A stretch of 64,000 nt of DNA. Source: an uncultured Chloroflexia bacterium. GTDB lineage: Bacteria > Chloroflexota > Anaerolineae > CG2-30-64-16. The position numbers were made by a program, and so were the translations under genes. Below are positions 1-8,220 of the stretch, one piece after another; the stretch's first letter is position 1, and every line of letters begins with the position of its first letter. Below the pieces are notes generated by a model. The model saw only the letters and a list, made by a program, of their open reading frames with translations, searched no databases and was not told the DNA's origin. Location of the stretch: positions 96,001-160,000 of the forward strand of contig CAVZDU010000007.1 of assembly GCA_963774265.1 (NCBI GenBank). Reading direction: 5' to 3'.

Positions 1-12
1 TAGTTCTGCTAC

Positions 13-42
13 ATCATAAGGGCAAAAGAACACACGTGTCAA
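13..42 (-). promoter_or_regulatory. sigma70-like promoter pointing out of the window
   Basis: Minus strand TTGACA(42-37)-N18-TATGAT(18-13). Confidence 0.5.
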
Positions 43-85
43 TGGGTTTGAAGGGGGTTTTTGAGAAAAGTGGAGAAGTCAAGAG

Positions 86-127
86 TGTACACTTATTAAC
101 TCTGTACAGTTATTAACTCTGTACAGT
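86..127. repeat. 17-bp tandem direct repeat, about 2.5 copies
   Basis: TGTACACTTATTAACTC / TGTACAGTTATTAACTC / TGTACAGT. Confidence 0.85.
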
Positions 128-162
128 CTTGTTCTAATAGGCGCGGGTCGGCGTCCGGGCGA

Positions 163-191
163 TTGACCCGCGCGGCCGACCATGCTAAAAT
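163..191 (+). promoter_or_regulatory. sigma70-like promoter of the RM gene
   Basis: TTGACC-N17-TAAAAT with an extended -10 TG. Confidence 0.55.
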
Positions 192-255
192 CGCTGCCAG
201 AACACACGGCAAATCGCCAGATAGCGTTAACCAGCCACCACACCGTGAGGCGCCG

Positions 256-3200
256 ATGACGTCATCGCCGATGACCGCTCCCGCCGAGATCGTCCAACTC
301 GTCGAGCTCTTCAAGAGCAACTGCGACCAGTACCATTCCCCCGCGTTCAGCGAGGCGGCGGTCCGCCACCAGTTCATCGACCCCTTCTTCGCCAGCCTCG
401 GCTGGGATGTAAACAACATGCAGGGCTATGCGGAGCAGTACAAAGAGGTGGTCCACGAGGACAAGGTCAAGGTGAGCGGCGCGACCAAGGCGCCCGACTA
501 CTCCTTCCGCATCGGCAAGGAGCGCAAGTTCTTCGTCGAGGCCAAGAAGCCCGCGGTGGACATCCAGACCGAGATCGAGCCCGGCGTACCAGCTCCGCCG
601 CTATGCGTGGAGCGCCAAGCTGCCGCTTTCGATCCTCACCGACTTCGAGGAGCTGTCCGTCTACGACTGCCGCTCCAAGCCGGACTGAGACCGACAAGGC
701 CTCCGCGGGCCGCATCCTGCTGCTGAACTACCAGGAGTATCGCCAGCCGCTGGGACGAGATCGCGGGCGTGTTCGCGCAAGGCTGCGGTGTGGCAGGGCG
801 CGCTGGACAAGTTCGCGGAGGCCAAGGCGGGCAAGCGCGGCACCGCGGAGGTGGACGACGAGTTCCTGGCCGAGATCGAGCGCTGGCGCGAGCTGCTGGC
901 GCGCAACCTGGCGCTGCGCAACCCCGCGCTGAGCGGCCGCGACCTGAACTGGGCCGTCCAGCAGATCATCGACCGCATCGTCTTCCTGCGCATCTGCGAG
1001 GCGCGCGACCTGGAGACGTTCGAGCAGTTGCGCGCGCTGCTCAACGGCGGCGCAGACCTACGAGCGGCTGCAGGAGCTCTTCCGCCACGCGGACATGCGC
1101 TACAACTCCGGGCTGTTCCACTTCGAGCACGAGAGGGACCGCGCCGAGGCGCCCGACACCCTCACCCCGGGCCTGGCCATCGACGACAAGGTGCTCAAGG
1201 ACATCATCGAGCACCTCTACTACCCGCGAGAGCCCCTACGAGTTCTCCGTGCTGCCCGCCGACATCCTGGGCCAGGTCTACGAGCGGTTCCTGGGCAAGG
1301 TCATCCGCCTGACCCCGGGCCGGCAGGTGAAGATCGAGGAGAAGCCGGAGGTGCGCAAGGCGGGCGGCGTCTTCTACACGCCCACCTACATCGTGGACTA
1401 CATCGTGCGGCAGACCGTGGGCCCGCTGCTGGAGGGCAAGACGCCTGCGCAGGTAGGGGCACGCCTGCGGGGCCCCCCGGAGCGGGTGCCGCACACGCGA
1501 CGGCGCCGCGACCGCAGGGTCGCCTCTGCGCATCCTGGACGCGGCGTGCGGGTCCGGCTCGTTCCTGCTGGGCGCGTACCAGTTCCTGCTGGACTGGCAC
1601 CTGGCGCGAATACCTCAAGGACCCCGACCGCTGGCTGAAGGGCAGGCGGCCGCCGCAGCCGGCGAGCGGCGACAGGAGCGACCGGCGGCGACGTGGCGGC
1701 TGACCATCGAGCGAGCGCAAGCGCATCCTGATGAACAACATCTACGGCGTGGACATCGACCCGCAGGCCGTGGAGGTGACCAAGCTCTCGCTGCTGCTCA
1801 AGGTGCTGGAGGGCGAGGAGGCTGGCCAGCGCAGCATGTCGTTGCTGCCCGAGCGCGTGCTGCCCGACCTGGGGCGCAACATCAAGTGCGGCAACTCGCT
1901 GATCGGGCCGGACTTCTACGACGGGCAGGCTGGCCCTGCCGGACGAGGAGACCGTGCGTCGCGTCAACGTGTTCGACTGGAGGGCGGAGTTCCCCGAGGC
2001 GATGGCGGCGGGCGGGTTCGATGCGGTGATCGGGAATCCGCCGTATATCCGCATCCAGACGCTGCAGGAGTGGGCGCCGCTGGAGGTGGAGTACTACAAG
2101 CGCGCTACCGCGGCGGCGAGCAAGGGCAACTACGACATCTACGTGGTGTTCGTGGAGAAGGGGCTGCAACTGCTGAACGAGCGCGGCCGACTCGGCTTCA
2201 TCCTGCCGCACAAGTTCCTGACAACGGACTATGGTCGGCCACTGCGAGAAATCATCACTGACAGGAAAGCGTTGGGCGCAATTGTGGATTTTGGGCATCA
2301 TCAGGTTTTCGAGCAAGCCACGACCTATACCTGCTTGCTCTTTCTGACTGGCTCACCAAGCAAGGCCCTTCTTTATGTGAGTGCAGAACCGAGGCCGGAG
2401 AACCTCGGTCAAACACTTGAATACCGAACGCTAGCAACCGATGCTTTCGACGGCGACTCTTGGGTTATCACCGGTGATGCCTCCCCCGCCATTTACGAAC
2501 GACTGTCCAGCAAAGGGGTTGCTCTTCTGAACCTGCCTGCAGAGATGAGCAGAGGTTCGAGCACGGGCGACGATAGTGTTTTCGTTCTCCATGTCACCGA
2601 TCAGGAAGGCGTCTACCGTACTGGAGATGGAGAAACAATCGAGATTGAGGCTGGCGTTTTGAGGATGCCCATCTTCGCAACCGACTTCGGACGTTATCGC
2701 TTCAATCCGCATAATGGAAAGGCTATCGTCTTTCCATATGGTAATGACGCCCAACTGATACCTGAGGATAAACTGCGCTCTCAATTTCCCAAGGCGTTCA
2801 GATATCTGACTGCACGACGACGGTCACTCGAAAAGCGTAAACAATTCAAGGCATGGTACGGGTACAGCGCCCCACGCAATCTGATCCTCCATGATTCGGC
2901 ACACTTCGTTGTACCACTTCTTGCTGACCGGGGTCTCTTTGCGGAATTGCCGGAGACGCTGAACAGGCTATGCCTCATGGCCGGCGGTGGCTTCAGTATC
3001 ACGCTTTCCAACGCCACAGGGCTGAACACACGATACGTCCTAGGCCTCTTGAATTCCCGCTTGCTCTTCTGGCGACTTAACGCGATTAGTAACAAGTTCA
3101 GAGGCGGCTGGATTACGTGCACGAAGCAGTACGTCGGAACCCTTCCCATCCGCACCATCGACTTCGCGGATCCTGCTGACGTCGCGCGGCACGACCGGAT

Positions 3201-3381
3201 GGTCGCGCTGGTCACGCAGATGCTCGACCTGTACAAGCGGCTGGCCGCGGAGGGCGCACCTCCCGAGAAGGCCGCGCTCCAACGCCGCATCGAGATGACG
3301 GACCGGCAGATCGACGCGCTGGTGTACGAGCTGTACGGGTTGACGCAGGAGGAGATCGTGGTGGTGGAGGGGACAGGGTAG
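256..3381 (+). CDS. Type IIG fused restriction endonuclease/N6-adenine methyltransferase (Eco57I/TaqI-C-like); several apparent frameshifts
   Basis: N-terminal PDY...FFVEAKK nuclease motif; RKAGGVFYTPTYIV; motif I ILDAACGSGSFL (~1530-1570); NNIYGVDID; motif IV GNPPY; C-terminal IDALVYELYGLT; pieces spread over ORFs 163-726, 788-1312, 1095-1703, 769-1638, 1731-2261 and 1954-3381. Confidence 0.85.
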
Positions 3382-3404
3382 GGACGAAGCATTCCACGGG
3401 GCGA

Positions 3405-3550
3405 TCGTCCTGTGCTGTGTGAGGTTCATGGGAGGTTAGCAGTGCCTGCAGGTTTGCGTTCGGCGCAAGCCATGAGCGCCGCCCGCAAAGCGGGCCTCGG
3501 CCCCGGGTGAGCGGAGAGGGAGCCGCGCGCCAGGCTGAACAGCACGGCGC
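3405..3550 (+). ncRNA. putative structured RNA of unknown family
   Basis: Closing stem 3410-3418/3539-3547 encloses several hairpins, in a non-coding gap between convergent genes. Confidence 0.35.
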
Positions 3551-3639
3551 CTATTGCATTCACACGCGTGTCAGGTGCCCGCATAGCGATAGGTGACAAG
3601 CGTCTTTGGAGAGACACCTTCACCCTCTTTGGCCAGAGG

Positions 3640-3670
3640 GGAGGACGACTTACTGTCGCCCTCCTTTTTT
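3640..3670 (+). terminator. intrinsic terminator
   Basis: GGAGGACGAC-TTACT-GTCGCCCTCC followed by T6. Confidence 0.7.
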
Positions 3671-3685
3671 CATCCCATCCATCTC

Positions 3686-4583
3686 TCAGAGAGCGACCCC
3701 GGCCGGCACGATAAACCGCGCCGCACCCGGCAGCACCCGTGCGTGCACCGGCCCGGGCGGCAGCACCTCACCATCGACTTGCACCGGTTGCACCGGCGTG
3801 GCCTCGATCCGCACCTCTCGGCCCTGCCAAAGGTCGTAGGGCGCGGCCTGCTCGTCGTGGAGCACCACAGCACGCGGCCAGGGAGACGAGCGCGGGCAGG
3901 CTTTTGCTGTGGAAGATCAGCAGTCCCAGCGTGCCGCTGCTGAGGGTGATGCTGGGAGCGACCGTTACGCCGGGGATGCCAAATTGGCCGGAATTCAGGA
4001 GCAGACAACTCACTCCCTCCGTTTCGAATGACTCACCGTCAAGCGTGACCTTGTACTGGACCGTCGCCGCGTTGTGCAGCGCCTGGATCGATGAGAAGAA
4101 GTAGGCCAACACACCCAGCCTGTTCTTCAGCTCCCGATCTGCGGTCTCCGCCATCTCACCTGGGACTCCGATGCCCACGCCGACCAGGAAGCACTCGTCA
4201 CCCAGCATGCCTACGTCGACCTGGCGCACGCTGCATTCGTCGCACGTCAGCAGACGGGCGGCGGCAGCCAGATCCACGGGTACGTCGAGGGCCACTGCTA
4301 CGGCGTTCGCCGTGCCCCCGGGCAGGATGAGGATGGGGATCTCCGTTCGGAGCAGGCCGGTCGTCACCTCGCGCACCGTCCCGTCTCCGCCATACACCGC
4401 AACCGCGTCAACGCCCTTCGCAGCGGCCGCGCGCGCGAGCCTCGTGCCGTCGCCAGCTTCCTTGGTGAGAAACATCTCCCACTCGATGCCGGCATCGCGA
4501 AAGACAGAATTGAGCGTCTTCAGGATCGGCCGGTCTTGACCCGACGCGGGGTTAACGATAACGTGGATGCGCTGGAATTTCAC
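3686..4583 (-). CDS. diacylglycerol/lipid kinase family protein (YegS/DAGK-like); frameshift near 3880
   Basis: NPASG, GGDGT, PGGTAN motifs; C-terminal QVDGE in ORF 3686-3868. Confidence 0.85.
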
Positions 4584-4615
4584 GGTACGCTCCTGTCACA
4601 TTTTGGCGGGCCGAC

Positions 4616-6007
4616 CTACACCAGCGGCTCGAACCGCGCCTGGAAGAAACGCAGATACTTCGGCTCGACCACCATCTTCAGCCCGCGCGTGCCCGCCCGC
4701 GCGTCGTAGACGGCCTTCACCGCCTCCGCGGTGACATCCATGTGCGCCTGGGTGTACACGCGGCGCGGGATGGTCAGGCGCACCAGCTCCAGCTTGGGCC
4801 GGTTGTGGTCGCCCGTCTGCGGGTTGCGGCCCGCGCTGACGATGCCACGCTCCATGGCGCGGATGCCGCTGTCAAGGTACAGCTCCGCGGCGAGGGTCTG
4901 CGCGGGGAACTCATCCTGCGGCATCTGTGGGTAGAACCGCTTCGCATCCAGAAAGATCGCGTGCCCTCCGATGGGCCGCACGATCGGCACATCCCAATCC
5001 GCCAATAGCTCGCCCAGGTAGCGCACCTGGCCGATGCGGGATCGCATGTGATCGTCCTGCACCTGTTCCTCGATCCCGATGGCCAGCGCCTCCATGTCGC
5101 GGCCGGCCATGCCGCCGTAGGTGTGCAGCCCCTCGAACACCACGACCCAGTTCGCCGCGATGTCATACACATCCTGGCTGTTCACCGCCAGCCAGCCGCC
5201 GATATTGACCAGGCTGTCCTTCTTCGCGCTCATCCATGCGCCGTCAGTATAGGAGCAGAACTCCTTGAGGATGGCTGCGATGGGCATATCCGCGTAGCCC
5301 GGCTCGCGTTCCTGGATGAAGAACGCGTTCTCCGCCATGCGCGTCGCGTCCAGGTAGAGCGCGATGCCGTACTTGTCGCACAGGCTTCGCACCGCGACCA
5401 CGTTCTCCATGCTGACGGGCTGCCCGCCGGCCATATTGACCGTGCCGGCCAGGCTGACGTAGCGCACCTTTTCCGCGCCCCAACGGTCGATCACGGCTTG
5501 CAGCTTCCCGAGGTCGACATTGCCCTTGAACGGGTGCTCGTTTTGCGGCTCGTGCGCTTCGTCGATGATAACGTCGACGAACGTGCCGCCCTGCAGCTCT
5601 TGATGGGCGCGCGTCGTGGTGAAGTACATGTTGCCGGGGATCACGTCGCCGGGCTGGATCAGCGCTCGGCTGATCAGATGCTCCGCGCCGCGGCCCTGGT
5701 GCGTGGGCACAACGTACTTGTACCCGTAGTATTTCCGGACGTTGGCTTCGAGATGGTAGAAGTTGCGGCTGCCGGCATACGCTTCATCGCCCAGCATGAG
5801 ACCGGCCCATTGGCGGTCGCTCATGGCGCTGGTGCCCGAGTCAGTAAGGAGGTCGATGTAGACATCCTCGGATTTGAGCAGGAAGGTGTTGTAGCCGGCG
5901 TCGCGGATGGCGCGCTCGCGCTCCGGCCGGGTGGTCATCTTGATGGGCTCGACCATCTTGATCTTCCACGGTTCTGCCCACGAGCGCCTGCCGAACTGCT
6001 GGCCCAT
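4616..6007 (-). CDS. tpl: tyrosine phenol-lyase (beta-eliminating lyase)
   Basis: DLLTDSGT, GNMYFTTTR, SAKKD PLP lysine, C-terminal LRFF-ARF (TPL-type rather than tryptophanase LRHF). True start may be ATG 6033, after an AAGGAG RBS, with a homopolymer error. Confidence 0.85.
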   Translation of the reverse strand: MGQQFGRRSWAEPWKIKMVEPIKMTTRPERERAIRDAGYNTFLLKSEDVYIDLLTDSGTSAMSDRQWAGLMLGDEAYAGSRNFYHLEANVRKYYGYKYVVPTHQGRGAEHLISRALIQPGDVIPGNMYFTTTRAHQELQGGTFVDVIIDEAHEPQNEHPFKGNVDLGKLQAVIDRWGAEKVRYVSLAGTVNMAGGQPVSMENVVAVRSLCDKYGIALYLDATRMAENAFFIQEREPGYADMPIAAILKEFCSYTDGAWMSAKKDSLVNIGGWLAVNSQDVYDIAANWVVVFEGLHTYGGMAGRDMEALAIGIEEQVQDDHMRSRIGQVRYLGELLADWDVPIVRPIGGHAIFLDAKRFYPQMPQDEFPAQTLAAELYLDSGIRAMERGIVSAGRNPQTGDHNRPKLELVRLTIPRRVYTQAHMDVTAEAVKAVYDARAGTRGLKMVVEPKYLRFFQARFEPLV

Positions 6008-6132
6008 GGTGCGGGGGTGTTCTCGTCGTTCATATTCGCTCCTTACGCCGTCGTAGGTGAGGACATGAGGATAGCAGGTGCAGCCCTGAGTGTGCAAATT
6101 GAAGATTGAAGATCAATCCGGACTCCGGTATC

Positions 6133-6162
6133 TTGCCGAAAAACCGCTTCGTGTGATAGAGT
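6133..6162 (+). promoter_or_regulatory. possible promoter of the tRNA gene
   Basis: TTGCCG-N18-TAGAGT about 14 nt before the tRNA 5' end. Confidence 0.35.
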
Positions 6163-6175
6163 GTTGAGGTGGTAA

Positions 6176-6543
6176 GGGCCCCTAGCTCAGCGGTTAGAGC
6201 GGCCGGCTCGTGACGGACGGTCCGTCAAGGGCTGCCCGGCGGGTGACTGCCGGGTGATTACCTGCCAAACTCGGGGAAGCCTAAGTCATTCTGGTATGGT
6301 GATCCCGAGCCAAGCCCCTTCACAGGGGAAGGTGTAGAGACTAGACGGCAGGCGCCCGACGGGGGCGGCATTAATCCGACCCCACAGGGTGAAGGGATAG
6401 TCCAGCCCACAAACTCGTTTCCGGTTGCGTCTGGGGTTTCCATCTTGTGTGGAGCTCCCCGGTCGAACGGGAGTCGCGGGGCGGCGAAAGCCGTAGTGGG
6501 AAGCATAACCGGTTGGTCCTGGGTTCGAATCCCGGGGGGCCCA
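6176..6543 (+). tRNA. tRNA-Ile2 (CAU anticodon, lysidine type); exons 6176-6208 and 6504-6543; CCA not encoded
   Basis: Joined exons give GGGCCCC-TA-GCTC-AGCGGTTA-GAGC-G-GCCGG-CT|CATAA-CCGGT-TGGTC-CTGGG-TTCGAAT-CCCGG-GGGGCCC-A, a full cloverleaf. G1-C72 pairing excludes initiator Met; the acceptor stem and CTCATAAC loop resemble Ile2. Confidence 0.88.
6209..6503 (+). ncRNA. self-splicing group I intron (IC3-like), 295 nt, no homing endonuclease ORF
   Basis: P1 with U6208.G wobble against IGS AGGGCT; P2 with GTGA tetraloop; P3 CCTGCC/GGCAGG; P element AAACTCGGGGAAGCC; Q element GATCCCGAGCCAAG; R element GTAGAGACTAGACGG; S element GAAGGGATAGTCC; GAAA-capped P9; terminal G6503. Confidence 0.93.
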
Positions 6544-6545
6544 CT

Positions 6546-6574
6546 AAAAGCGAAGCCGCCAGCGCTTCGTTTTT
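6546..6574 (+). terminator. intrinsic terminator after the tRNA
   Basis: AAAAGCGAAGC-CGCCAGC-GCTTCGTTTTT. Confidence 0.7.
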
Positions 6575-6590
6575 ATTTAAGGAGTCTTTG

Positions 6591-7877
6591 TTGAGCAAGA
6601 GTAAGGTTGCGATCCTGCGTACGTCGCCAGCCACTGTCCTGGCAGACTATCACCGGCTGCTGAACCTGGCAGGTTACCAGGACGTGGTGGCCAAGGACGC
6701 GGATACGGCGCTGAAGGTTAATATCTCCTGGCACTTTTTTTATCCCGGAAGCTCCACCACGCCGTGGCAGCTCGAGGGCGTGATCCGCGCGATGAAGGCG
6801 GACGGGTACGATCCGAACCTGATCCACGCGTGCCACAACCGCACAGTGGTTATTGATGCGCACCTGGGCGAGCGCGAGAACAAGCAGCTCAACGTGATCG
6901 AAGCACACGGGTTGCGCAACATCCACCTGTACGAGGGCGAGGAGTGGATCCCCGTCCGTGAGGCGGTGGGCGATTTGGCGAAGAAGTTCCTGGTGCTCAA
7001 TGACGTCTACCCCGATGGGTTTATGATCCCCAAGCGGTTCATCGGCGAGAACATCATCCATCTGCCCACGGTCAAGACGCACATCTTCACGACCACCACC
7101 GGCGCGATGAAGAACGCGTTCGGCGGGCTGCTCAACGAGCGGCGTCACTGGACGCACCCGGTGATCCACGAGACGCTGGTCGACCTGCTGATGATCCAGC
7201 AGAAAATCCACCGGGGCATCTTTGCGGTCATGGATGGTACCTTCGCGGGTGACGGGCCGGGCCCGCGCTGCATGCTCCCCTACGCGAAGAATGTGATCCT
7301 GGCCTCGGCCGACCAGGTGGCCATCGACGCGGTGGCCGCCAAGCTGATGGGCATGGATCCCCTGTCGATCAAGTTCATTCGCCTGGCACACGACCTGGGG
7401 CTGGGCTGCGGCGACCCGCGCGAGATCGAAATCGTCGGCGACCTGGATGCCGCGGCGGAGAATTGGCGCTTCGCCGGTCCGTTCAAGAAGATGACCTTCG
7501 CCTCGCGGATGCAACACAAGATTTATTGGGGCCCGCTGAAGAAGCCCGTCGAGTGGTCGCTGAAGACCGTGCTGGCGCCTTGGAGCTACCTGGCGTCCGT
7601 CGCGTATCACGACACTATCTGGTACCCGTTCGTCGGCGCGCCGCGGGTGAAGGCCGCGTTCCGCAGCGATTGGGGCCGGCTGTTTCGTAATTGGGAGACC
7701 GTACGGCCCGATCCACTCGGCCAGGGCTACCCCGATGTGGGCCGGGAAACGCTGGAGCTGCAGCGCTCAGGCTCGTCGGTCTTCTGGCGCTCGTTCGGCG
7801 TGTTGGGCACGGCGGTCAAAGAGGCGCCGGAGTTTGCGGCCAGCCGCCGCCGCGCGGCGGTCGAGCGAGGCAAGTGA
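6591..7877 (+). CDS. DUF362 domain protein
   Basis: LKVN, TTPWQLEG, LPTVKTH, TGAMKNAFG, DQVAIDA motifs; AAGGAG RBS before a TTG start. Confidence 0.8.
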   Translation: MSKSKVAILRTSPATVLADYHRLLNLAGYQDVVAKDADTALKVNISWHFFYPGSSTTPWQLEGVIRAMKADGYDPNLIHACHNRTVVIDAHLGERENKQLNVIEAHGLRNIHLYEGEEWIPVREAVGDLAKKFLVLNDVYPDGFMIPKRFIGENIIHLPTVKTHIFTTTTGAMKNAFGGLLNERRHWTHPVIHETLVDLLMIQQKIHRGIFAVMDGTFAGDGPGPRCMLPYAKNVILASADQVAIDAVAAKLMGMDPLSIKFIRLAHDLGLGCGDPREIEIVGDLDAAAENWRFAGPFKKMTFASRMQHKIYWGPLKKPVEWSLKTVLAPWSYLASVAYHDTIWYPFVGAPRVKAAFRSDWGRLFRNWETVRPDPLGQGYPDVGRETLELQRSGSSVFWRSFGVLGTAVKEAPEFAASRRRAAVERGK

Positions 7878-8220
7878 AAGGTAGGGGGCGGATGGTTTTT
7901 CGTCCCGTGTCATAAATAGACTAAACCTGACCTGAATGAAATCTTTACGGAATCCATGATCATTAACGCGATCTTGTTGGTTGCGTTTCAACGGCGATGA
8001 TACAGGCTGATGCGAGGCCCGATCCGGCCAGCAGGTTTGCAGGCCTGCTTCAGAAAGGCCGACCGGTCTTTCAAATGGCGCGCTCTCGCATCAGTTCGCC
8101 GGGAGTCAGGGAGGCCGCGACTGTGCTCTTGTTGAGCCCTCTCAACCGCGTCCGAATTTCGTTGTCCATCTCCTCGAATTTGCGCGATAATTGCTGTACG
8201 CGGTGAAAGGAGGTCAGGCA

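Noticed and set aside
27-40. LexA box
   Set aside because: GAAC-N4-GTGT does not match GAAC-N4-GTTC well enough
86-127. CRISPR array or oriC
   Set aside because: No unique spacers, no cas genes and no canonical DnaA boxes
580-1960. Programmed frameshifting or phase variation in the RM gene
   Set aside because: Too many shifts, not at consistent slippery or repeat tracts, and the same pattern occurs in unrelated genes
3405-3620. 6S RNA, SRP RNA, T-box, c-di-GMP or glycine riboswitch
   Set aside because: Only short partial resemblances (GGGAGGTTAGCAGTGCC, GTCAGG, GGAGAGAC); no SRP GNRA helix 8, no UGGN antiterminator bulge, and branched rather than rod-like
6176-6543. tRNA-fMet identity suggested by the 33/34 intron site
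   Set aside because: G1-C72 is paired and the anticodon stem lacks three consecutive G-C pairs
6447-6590. N-terminal extension of ORF 6447-7877 and short ORFs over the intron as a homing endonuclease
   Set aside because: They overlap the intron, tRNA exon and terminator; no LAGLIDADG, GIY-YIG or HNH motif; the RBS points to TTG 6591
8071-8082. 12-mer TCAAATGGCGCG shared with the 26.4-kb leader (minus strand)
   Set aside because: It sits in different structural contexts in the two leaders; a chance match cannot be excluded
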